The notes under the pieces: model-generated
Told to the model about the DNA's origin: nothing
The model's database searches: none
Seen by the model: only the letters and a program-made list of their open reading frames with translations
Made by a program: the position numbers and the translations under genes
Part shown: positions 39,099 to 49,553 of the stretch, piece by piece
Position numbering within the stretch: the first letter of the stretch is position 1
Layout: each line of letters opens with the position of its first letter
From: Marsupella aquatica
Lineage: Eukaryota > Plantae > Marchantiophyta
NCBI GenBank assembly: GCA_973895155.1
Contig: OZ316897.1
Coordinates: 5,163,976 to 5,227,975, forward strand
Direction of reading: 5' to 3'
Length of the DNA: 64,000 nucleotides

Positions 39099-39660
39099 TT
39101 GTTAGCGCCTGGCGCTATCATAGGGAGATGTCTCTTTATCCTCTCATATATAACACGGAAGATAATATTCCTTCGAGAACAGAACATTTCTTTTTGAATG
39201 TTTACTAGCGCCAGGCGCTAATAAACATTAACCTGATAACCGTTAAAGTTACCGTTTGATTATAGAGTACAACTTTGATAGCGCCTGGCGCTAGCTTTGG
39301 GAGTTACCGTTACGGACCAGATATGCATGATACATATTTGCTAGCGCCTGGCGCTATCAAAGGTGTACTCGATACGATCTTGTCATCTGAGATAATTCTT
39401 GGCAAACCATCCATCAATATGTGCATATGGAGCCTCAAGTTTTCATCTCCCTTACTTAGCGCCAGGTGCTATTATTTGTGTGCCTTGAAATTTATGTTCA
39501 AATTTTGATCAATAAGCTTTTCTTGGTAGGTGCTGACATGTGTAATTCCGTTAGAATACGACAAGCATTCATTGCTAATAGGTCACTTTGTCGTATTCGT
39601 AACAGTTTTATTCAGCACAAATGAATTTAGGTGGCCTTACATTTCTGTACGCCATTTCCA

Positions 39661-41407
39661 ATGGACTCACGAATTGTAATTTCTCGCTGTCTGCCTGGCG
39701 ACCTCGTGGCAATCCTGCTCGCCGCTCCTAAGAAAAATGATGAAGTTTCTGAGGAATATCTTGCCACCAGGTTTGGAATTCCCAGGGAAAGCATACAACG
39801 AATAGTTATCTCGGGAGAGGAAGTGGTGGTTGATGTTTATTTCATTGGAGGAGTTCGGTATTGGAGGTTGTGCGGTGGGGTGAAGTATGACATCGTTAGT
39901 TTGGGAAAATTTGAGGTGCCATCCTCCTCAAAGGGGAAGCTGAAAGTCGATTTGATTGACCTTTCAGATAGTAGCGATGATGAAGATTTGGCAAAGTTTC
40001 ATCTTCCTCAGAACAACGTCAAAGTGGAGACGGTCCATGGGCGGACGACCAATTCAGTTGTGTACCGGAGGAGTGCTCTTGATACAATTCTTCAATCAAA
40101 AGGCCAGAGTGAGATCTCAAGATTCATGCGAAGGAATGATTACCGATTTGAGCAAGTATCAAGCTTGCCTGGCACGTACAATGGGAATATTGTTTTCGAA
40201 CTGCCTCCAGTTGTTGGAGTTTGCTCAAAAGGTGAACGCCTCCGGGACATGGATCGCGGCAAGGACTGCTACTATTGGACTCGGATTGTTACGACTTCTG
40301 CAAATGTTCTCCCAAAAAAGGTGTGGGATTTTGGAAAAGTCTTTTGCACGGGTTCTCTGGAATGTCGTAACAATTCATGTCAGTTCTAGGCAGAACATAA
40401 AAGGAGGAATGCAAAGTTCTGGGAAAGAGTTCCTAAGATTTTTGGACCACACGTAGTCGGGCAACTCATTCCTGAGGGTGGGATTGTCTGTCATTATTGT
40501 TGGGAGCGCCCATTTTGTGTTGAGCTGTGTCCAGCGATGATGTTCTACATGTACGCATCTTCCAAAGTTGATGCCGAGTCTGCTAAGCATATGTCGCGGC
40601 TTGCCATTCACATCGGACATCATAACCATCCGAGCAAGCAAGTTTTTTCAAGAGAGGCAAAGAAAGTTGCAAAGATGCACATGGAACAAGGTTTGACTTT
40701 GAATCCGCGTGCAACTGCGGCGGGTATGAAGAACACCGTCACCTCGTCTCCTTTTAAGGCAATGTGTGAGTCGTCAGTTCAAGACATGATCCCAATAGAA
40801 GAGACTGAGATTTTTGAATCTCTTCAAGTCATCTCAACGCCTCAGAAATTTGTGAACCTTCTGAGGAGTATCCGTCAAGACTAGAAAGGCAGAGGTGAAT
40901 TGGAATTTCTGGTAAGCATGCAGAAGAACATTTCATTCCCATTTCTGCAAAGGTTCTTGTTGCCGGGACAAGGGTCTAGAGATGAGAGTGCACATATTTT
41001 CAAGATGTCCACTAAGGGTGAAGGCTGTGGTCTGGACCTTCTTCGAAAGATGAGTCCCGGAGGGCCTCTTGAGGGTTTGTGGGTAAGTTTTGATGTGATG
41101 CACCGAATGACAAAGGATTGGCTTACATTTAGTGTACATGTTTATGACCATAACTATCGTGCACTTTGCACGATATTCACGTGCGAGTTGCAAGCAGAAG
41201 ATACAAAATCCCTTGAGAGGTCTTGGCGTTTAATGTTGGAGGTGGCTGATGAGAACGGTCTTCATGATGTCCACATTCATGGTTTTATGGCGGACAATGC
41301 TCAAGCTGGTTGGAATGCTATGAGGAATGTGCTCTTTGGGGGACTTCCTCATCCCGAACGTGAGCGATCAGATGCATTTCACTTCTTTCAGTCATTTCGG
41401 AGACACT
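39661..41407 (+). pseudogene. MULE-type transposase, copy 2 (in-frame stops, truncated after DAFHFFQSFRRH)
   Basis: Colinear with 11648-13387: DMDRGKDCYYWT, CTGSLECRNNSC, GHHNHP, WVSFDVMHR, HGFMADNAQAGWNAMRNV. Confidence 0.85.
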
Positions 41408-42569
41408 TGTCACTTGCCTATCCAACGATTAATGCGTGCCAACTGTACTTTTCCTTGCTTAAACCGTTGGTATTGTATTACGGGGTCGTGGAGGGACGCT
41501 ATTTGGAGGATTTCCACACCTAAGGATGAGTATGTTTGATTCCGCTCCCGGAAGTGTACTTTTTGATCAAGTCTACCGACTGGTCTCTCCGTTTTTGATC
41601 AAGTCCAAGGGACTGGTCCTACCATCTACAACTCATGCCCACCGGGTGAGTGCTGTCACCACCCCCCTCCTCTCTTGGGCAAGCATACCAACATTTACAA
41701 TAAGATTTGAACACTAGTGACAAGGGCAAATGTTTCCACAACGACACCGACCACACGCACTAGGGGAGGAAAACAAACAACACAAGCAACAACAAGTGAC
41801 ACACAAAATATTGGAACCTCAAGCCAAATCCATATCTCTTGGTGTTTCTCATAACACATGCAAGGGCAACCCGGCCTCCTGCCGTCTGCCCAACTCCTGC
41901 CTCCCGGGGACAAGTGCTACGTTCTCCACCTCACTACTCTGTCTTGAACTTCTCCTAATCGGTGCGCTCCTCACAAAAGCTACTCCAAAGCATCCAAGTA
42001 CTACGCTGAGTTCCCCCCCTACTACTCTGGGGCTCTCCCCCTAAATACCAAAAAACACACCAAAGCACCCCTCATGGGGCCACAACGATGGCGGCTTACC
42101 CTAGCGGCGCCGCTAAACCCTTCACTAAGAAACCCCTAAACTAAAACCATGCGGCACACACATGCGTCTAAAACCCTAAACCCTAAACTAACAATGGGGC
42201 CGACGGTGCCTTTGACGGTGCCCCAACGTTACTCCGTGAACCGTGAAATTGCAAGGAACCCCACAATGGCCGAAGCTAGGCGCCCCTCCACTTGCACTTC
42301 TGAGTTCACCCCTGGATAGCTCTCCTCCTCCTGATCACGAATCACTCAACCGCTCTCTAAACGGACATTGGACGACCAAGTTATGACCGTTTCCGTATCC
42401 CGTAAACACAACTTCGCCGGGCCATAACCTGCTCATCCTGGCTCCGTTTGAGGAGCGCTGCCTCTTGTTGGAATCATCTCCGCGAGCTCTTTCCAACAAG
42501 CCCGTGAGTGACCCCTCACAAAAAAGTTGGAAAGTCCAGGGGCCGTACAACCACGTCCGTACGACCACT

Positions 42570-44422
42570 CTAATCCTCCTCCTCTTCACTCACGGTGCCC
42601 TGGCTTGAGCCCCGTGAGTGGGCCTCCTCATCACTCTCCACTGGAGTGAGTGCCACTTCACTTCTCTTCTTCTTTACCGGGGTACTCCTTGTGCTAGTGC
42701 TCCCCTGCTTTCTCAAATTGGCCAAGGCCTGCCACGCTTTAATGTACCCCTCACCAATGGTGTCCTTCCATAGGGTAGCCTCTTCTCCGGACCGCAACTC
42801 CAACGGTAGAACTTGCCCTGTGGCCATGGGAGTCCCGGGGGTGACAGACCTGGGTGGCATCCCTGTACTGACCTGAGCCTCCCGTAATGATTTCCGTACC
42901 TCCCGGAGCTTCTTCTCCAAGCCCTTGCTCTTCTCCTGACTCTTCTTGGCTCCATCCAACAAGGGCCCATACTTCCCACTAACCTCCTTCACCACCATCT
43001 CAATAGCCTGGGAGATCAAATCCAGAGAAAGTGTGGAGCTAGGAGTGCCGGGGCTCTTCCGTTTCCCCAGACTCAAGGCCTCACTCCTCTTTGCTTGTGT
43101 CTCAAAGGCGGCCACCTGACTCCGTAGTGCTCCACCTGGTTTCTCCACTCCACCACTTCTCCAGAATTCTGCTTCTCTTTGGCCAATGCTTGTCTCAATG
43201 CTCCCACCTCTTCTGCTTCCTTGGCCTTGGTGGACAAGGCTCCCTTCAAGTTGGAGATCTCTACGTGAGCTGCTTGGAGAAGCTTAACCTTCTCATGAAT
43301 GGTCTCCTCCTTGGCCTTGATCACCTCCTTCAGAGACAGGGTACTCTGCTCTAACGTCTCTACTCTGGCTGTGGTGTGCTTGAGAGAATCTCTCAATGCG
43401 TGGACTAGCTTGAGTCCCTCATGGACTCCCTCTCTGAAATCCCGTAGCTCTGCCAGGTAAACATCCGGAATGTTATAGGCCAGGGGCTCTTTCGGATCTC
43501 CCACGAGTGATTCAAGCCACTCCAATGTGTAGTCCTCATCCTGGTTTTCTTCTCCTCTATCTTCATCCCCACCAACCGACGATGATTCCTCCGTGAGCTT
43601 CCCGATAACGGTAGTGGCAATACTCCGGATCTCCGTGGTGAGAGATGATTCCGTGTTTTCCTGTCCCGGGGAACCAATCAACCCTTCTGCCCTGGCCAAT
43701 ACAAATGACCCCATCAAATGTACAGCCCCACCTGGTTTCACACTCCCGAGGTCAGCGGCCAACAGCTTCTTCAACCCGTAGTACCACCATCCGTACACAT
43801 GGGCTGGGTGGTTCTTGATGTCCATAGCTACCACGAAATGTTCTTCATTCACCACCCCTGATTGCACGTTGCCAAGGACCCGTTGATGAACCTTGGCCAG
43901 GAATCCCTTATACTCAACATCCTTGACAGCGGAAAGAGGGATGGCAGTGGTGGAGGTGGGATTAATCACCCAAGTGGCCACCATCTTCAACGTGAGTTCT
44001 CCCCTGATGTGCCGAGGTGTGAATGAGAATTTCTGATTCTCCAAAAACAGCAGCCTAGCCAACTCTACATGGGGCACTACACGTTTGAGACATTCAAAGT
44101 AGATTCCCTCCGTTCGTAACTCCATCCCGGCCTCAATGTCCCAGCTCTTCCCCGGGGGGATGGTAATCTCCACCTTCATGAATTCTGTAACCCCGGTGGC
44201 TTGGAAAATATTCCGACAATCCTCCATCACCTTGGCGGAGGTCTTGGGATAAATTCGACAAAAAATCCTCCTACCCACCGGCGTGGAACCTGCTGCCAAT
44301 CCCGTGCTCATCGTAGCTTCTCTCTCTTCTCTCTCCCTTGAAATCAAAGTCTCCACGTAGTCACGGTAAGCAGCCTTGTATCTCCGAATGCGTGCCACAC
44401 TGAACTCCGGTTGATCTAGCAT
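42570..44422 (-). CDS. Accessory ORF(s) of the Gypsy element (449 aa + 192 aa, probably one frameshifted coiled-coil protein)
   Basis: Long ORFs between pol and the 3' LTR on the same strand as pol; heptad-like C-terminal half; no recognised catalytic motif. Confidence 0.55.
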
Positions 44423-45526
44423 TTATGCATCCCAAAATCAAATCCTCAATCACCAAATCCCGTCACCCGTAGCAATGTCAATTCCCTGGCCCGAAACAGC
44501 CCCCGCATCCCGATCAATCGATTGCTCTCAATTCCCCCAGAAGCCACTCCGTGCTGCTGCCGCTAATGCCCGGAAGAATCACGCCACCAAGCCCCACCAA
44601 TCTACCATGAGAGAGAGCTTCAAAAATAATTAGAAGGTGAGAGCTTTCGGCAAGGTGTTGGGAGAGAACTTCGAGTTTTGCTTTCGGCAAGGAGAGGGTC
44701 GTGCAAAAGAGGGAGAAAAGAAGGGAAGAAAAAAAACCAAAAATCCCCCCTGACACCTCCTTTCGCCTTGCGCCCCGGGCCCTCCTTCGCCTGGCTCGCG
44801 GGAGCCCTAAATGCCCTGGGTACGCAGCCCTATGGGCTCACGGGAGGGTTTTAATACCCCCCCCTTTACTCCTCGGCTGTGGCCCGACTGCCCTTGCCCT
44901 GCTCGCGGGACCCCTTACTTGGGGATTCCACGTGGCGGCCCTAGGGCTGCCCCTTATGGGCCCTTAAGTGCTCGCCCTCTACCAGGCCACTTAAGGGGTA
45001 TTTAACCCCCCTCCGTGACCTTCCTGCACCGGCCTCCCTACTTGGTACTCGCGGTGCCCCTTAAGGGGGAATTTTAATTTCTCCCCCACCCTCGGCGCCT
45101 CGCTTCCTTCAGCTCGCGGGGCTCCCCTCAAACGGGGGATTTAATCCCCCCCTTTCTTCTCCTGAACGCGGCCCTATGCAGGGCTCGCGATAGCCTCCTC
45201 CCTGTCCAGCCTGGCTCCGGCTGCCCATAAAAAAAACTTCCCCCTAATCACACTGCCGGGGTCACCTCTACTCAAAAACTTCCTTGCTCCCGGTCCTGTT
45301 TTATTTCTTCTTCCCACCAACCTTGCTATTGAGTTCTCTAAAAATGGCCCTAAAATAATGGGGAGTCCCCCAAAGGCAGGGCCCTCCTCCCAACATAATT
45401 GCAGAACAATTAGGGGATAAAAATAAATACAGTTCTTCGGTCACAGGTGATAGAATTAACTTAAAAAATGAAAAAATGGTTATTTACAATGGTTATTTAC
45501 ACTGCGCGACCAAGTTATTCGTGATT

Positions 45527-47757
45527 TTATGTGACGGGGACCCCGTCACATAGCTCCTCTCTTAATTGCGAAGCGCCCCCGCGAGCACCATACTCCTCCG
45601 TGTAATACTTCTTTAGACGTTCTTGATTGATCCGTGTGTTGAGTAGTTGCCCCTCCAATGTCCTGAGTTGAACTGATCCGTTGGAGTAGACGGCGTCTAC
45701 TACGTAGGGCCCCATCCAACGTGTATGCAACTTCCCGGGGAAATGCATAAAACGACTGTCGTACAAGAGTACCAAATCTCCCTCCTCAATGGACACACGA
45801 CGGAGACGAGAATCGTAATGTGACTTCCGTTTGCTTTGCTCCTGCAGGTCAAAGCCTCTTCTCGTGTCTCAGTGAGTTGCTCCAACTGTTGGATCCGTGC
45901 AGCTACACTTCTTTCTTCCCCTTCCCTTTCCCGTGTGAGGATCCGAATGGTGGGCACTTCAAATTCCACCGGCACAAGAGAGTGTTGTCCAAACACAAGG
46001 AAATAGGGGCTGTGGCCCGTGGTAGTCTTGTGAGCCAGGTTGTAGGCGTAAGTAGCAGCCAACAACTTTAAATCCCAATTTGTCTTGTGAGCTGATACCA
46101 TCTTATTAAGAATCTTGCCCATGATCCCGTTTGCTCTCTCGGTGAGCCCGTTGGCTCGAGGATGGTACGGAGTGGTCTTCCTATGTGAGATCAGGTAGTT
46201 CTCCGTCAGACGTTCAATTGTATGATTGAGAAAGTGAGTACCCCTGTCACTCACCAGCTCCAATGGGGGACCAAATCGTGTAAAAATCTGCTCGTACAAA
46301 AAATGTGTCGTGGTGTTGGCATCATCCTTGGCAGTGGCTCGGGCCTCCACCCACTTTGTGGCATAGTCCGTTGCAAGAATGATGTAGCGCTTCCTCCCTC
46401 TTCTCGTGATGGGAGTGAAGGGGCCAATGAAATCAACCCCCCACTTCTCAAAGGGTGCAAGAGGAAGTATGGGCACCAATGGGTGGCGTGAGGAGGGCCC
46501 TGGCTTGCCTTGATGCTGGCACGGATCACATCGCTGGATGTACCGGTGTACATCCCGAAAGAGAGTTGGCCACCAATATCCAGCATCTAGTATTTTCCTT
46601 GCGGTGGTTTCCCGTGCAAAGTGGCCACCAGCTTCCTCCTCATGTAGTGCTGCCATGACTGTACGTATCTCAGCTTCCTCCAAACAACGACGAAGGCGGC
46701 CATCCATGCCGTACTTGTGAAGTACTCCCTTCACAAGCAAGTAGGGACCTGTCTTACGTAAAAACACTGCTGCTCTCTCCGGGCCCAAATGTGAGGGAAC
46801 TCTCGCCGTACGGAGAAATTCCAAAATTTCTCCATACCAAGTAGTGGCCTCCGTAGTCACGCTGAACACTTCTTCATCCGGGAACCGATCATCAATCTCC
46901 TGTGAGTCAGATGCTCCCTCAATACGGGAGAAGAAGTCTGCATTGCTGTGATTCTTCCCCGGTCTCACTCTCACCTCATAGTTGAACTCCTGCAGCAACA
47001 AAACCCAACGTGCAATTCTTCCGGACAGATCTGGCTTGTTGACCATGTATTTCAAGCTATTGTGATCCGTGTGGAACACAACCTTGTATCCCAACAAATA
47101 ATGACGATACTTTTTACAAGCGTAAATAATACCAAGTGCCTCCCTATCGGTGGGTGAGTAGTTCTTCTCTGCCGGGGCCAACTGCCTACTGGCAAAGTAG
47201 ATGGGATGGTCCCTTCCATCATCATCTAACTGACTCAAAACGGCACCGATGCAAAATCCTGATACGTCTACATAGACATGGAACTCCTTATTCCAATTGG
47301 GCGTAATGAGCACGGGAGCCTCTAGCAAACGTTTCTTCAATTCATCAAAAGCAGCCTGTCGGGGTGGAGTAGGTTCAAATTCACTTCCCTTCTTCAACAT
47401 GGAGGTGAGTGGCATGGCTACCTTGGCAAAGTCTTTGATGAAGCGTCGATAATATCCAACACACCCCAAGAACCCTCTCACTTCCTTTACGTTCTTGGGA
47501 AATGAGACTGCTACCCACACGGCCACCTTCTCCCGGTCAACTTCAATCCCCCGTGCAGACACTTTGTGGCCCAATAGGATCCCCTCCTCAATTCCAAAGA
47601 AACATTTCTCAGGATGTAGCTTCAAGCAAGTCTCCCGGCACCGCTGAAAAGTCAACCGTAAGTGTTCCGGATGCTTGACTCGTTTGCCATAGACAGCAAA
47701 GTCGTCAATAAAGATCTCCAAGAACCTGCGTAAAAAGTCATGAAATATATTCATCAT
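45527..47757 (-). CDS. Gypsy pol (RT C-terminal half, RNase H, integrase with HHCC, DDE and GPY motifs), 5'-truncated, frameshift near the C-terminus
   Basis: IFIDDF; YVDVSG; H...GGHF...CDPCQ; WGVDFIGPF; LVSDRGTHF; PYHPRANGLTER; KLHTRWMGPY. Confidence 0.93.
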
Positions 47758-47796
47758 GATGTTGGGTATTTACTCTTACGTCTAGGTTAGGTATGA

Positions 47797-47957
47797 CGTG
47801 GTTGGTACAACAACGTGGGTTGGTACAACTATGTGGTTAGGTACAACTACGTGATTAGGTACAACTATGTGGTTAGGTACAACTACGTGATTAGGTACAA
47901 CTATGTGGTTAGGTACAACTACGTGATTAGGTACAACTATGTGGTTAGGTACAACTA
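47797..47957. repeat. 18-bp tandem repeat (~9 units, alternating variants) in the Copia LTR
   Basis: Units of the form GTGRTTAGGTACAACTAY, alternating GTGG and GTGA variants. Confidence 0.9.
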
Positions 47958-49553
47958 AGTTGCACACTATATCATAAGAGGCATGTGTGCTTGGAGAGGC
48001 AGGACCAAGGCTCATTGTTATGGAGCCACTTGAGAGATAGGGAGAGCTTACACTGTGGAGACTCGGTATAGCCGACGGGCTTAGAGTTCAGTAAAGCTAT
48101 CTTGTGTGTTCCCGTGGACGTAGCCTCAAGGAGGTGAACCACGTATCTCGTGTATCGACTATTGTGCGTTGGATGGTTCATGGGCTTGTCATTGCGATCG
48201 TCGTCTATGCTCAACAATTGGTATCAGAGCATGCTTGGGAGGTGACGTGTGTTCGTGACGGGATTTCATGACGGTTTTTCCAGCGTTGAGTGTTGGTGGA
48301 TTTTCCAGAGTTCCATTGCATGGAACTTGGAGTTTATGGGCTCAACGGATAGATCAGGGCAAGAGCTTTCTAACGGTGTGAAGAAATCGTTGAACGGAGC
48401 TCGTGGTGCAGAGAGATCTAAGTTTTTGTCGTTCTGGATTTTGTGAAGAAAGTTGGCATCGACTCGGAGGGAGAAGCGTCAAGTGTTTTGACTTAACGAA
48501 GAGATTGAGGCAAGACGATTGTTTTTGAGTCCGGGATTGGCTCTTTGATGCAAAGAGGAAGGCTAAGCAAAATCAATTACCTTGTTGAACTTGGTGACGG
48601 CACCAAGTGCAATTGATCAACATTCGTTGTTGACAAGGTACCATTTTTTTCTCTTTGAAAAACTGATTCGAAATTGGCTATGGCAATTGAGAGAAATCTG
48701 TCATCTTTACCAATTTTTTTCTCCCTCGTTCTTTCCTCGTTTTGGGTGCTTCTTATATCGATCTTCATCGCCTCGGAGTCTAGTTTCCAAATCTGAAATC
48801 GGATCTTGATTTTGTCAAAACCCGAGTGAGATATCTTGCGTTTGGAGTCGAGGGGTACATTCTGCCGTGTGTATTTTCTGCGCGCGCGACCAGATTTCGA
48901 CGACGAAGGGTGGTAGGGGGTTTTGGGGGTTCGAGGACACGTGTCAGCCCCTCGATTGTTCTTCCAAAATTCCCACAGGGCCTGTACAAGGGTCATAGAA
49001 TATTCCAAAAAAACCAGAGAGCTATTTTTTGACCGTCCGACAAAGATTTCATTCGCCGAACGGTAACTTTTTTGGTTATTTTTCGGCGAGGTCGTAGCCA
49101 TTGAAGTTGGCAACGCGGCGCACCAATCACATCGCAATTCCGACAACGGGTTGTACTTGGTATTTCGGTTATTCCCTGAGGTGGTCAAAACGGGGGAGTT
49201 TCCCAAGGTTTTACCCACCTCGACCGAAATTTGAATAACTTTTTTGTCAAATTTCGATTTTGATTTCGGTTTTCAGTATTGGACTCCTAGCTTTGTGGGC
49301 TACGCGGCGGTGTTGAGTTTTGAGTTTTTTGAGAAGTTGTGAAAAACAACATTTTTTGTGATTTTCTCATATGAGTGATTTGGAGGAGTTTTTCGAAGAC
49401 GTGGAACTTGAAGCACGAGGATCACCGCGGAGGTTTCAGGGGCAGAGAGAGGAGTAGGAGGAAGAGCACGTGACACTGATACCATCACCGGTGCGGCGTG
49501 TGGTGAAGGAAGTAGTACTACTACCGGAGCTCACAGTAGTGCCAAAGAAGAAG

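Larger units (their letters stand above)
8346..39471. repeat. Dispersed 15-bp palindrome TAGCGCC-N-GGCGCTA (~30 copies, confined to the two MULE copies)
   Basis: Copy 1 starts: 8346, 8437, 9862, 10958, 11020, 11166, 11293, 11356, 14330, 14441, 16133. Copy 2 starts: 32231, 32289, 32734, 33600, 33683, 34910, 34949, 34986, 35771, 37212, 38786, 38870, 38956, 39040, 39103, 39206, 39279, 39342, 39457. Several are degenerate. Confidence 0.95.
31994..41407. mobile_element. Mutator-like (MULE) DNA transposon, copy 2; left terminus present, right part cut by a Gypsy LTR
   Basis: Left end GGGTATCACCACCGTGCCAGGAAACAGGAAA; same divergent gene pair as copy 1; about 20 TAGCGCCNGGCGCTA palindromes. Confidence 0.8.
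41408..47759 (-). mobile_element. Gypsy (Athila/Tat-like organisation) 3' half: pol, extra ORFs and 3' LTR (LTR starts TGTCAC at 41408; inner boundary unclear)
   Basis: RT-RNase H-integrase order; additional same-strand ORFs between pol and the LTR; cut at 47760 by a Copia LTR. Confidence 0.85.

Noticed and set aside
38786-39471. CRISPR array or bacterial REP interpretation of the spaced palindromes
   Set aside because: The repeats are only 15 bp, irregularly spaced and also occur in spliceosomal introns; no cas genes or REP-associated tyrosine transposase are present.
47782-48015. Repetitive VVPNH protein
   Set aside because: It is the antisense translation of the 18-bp LTR tandem repeat.
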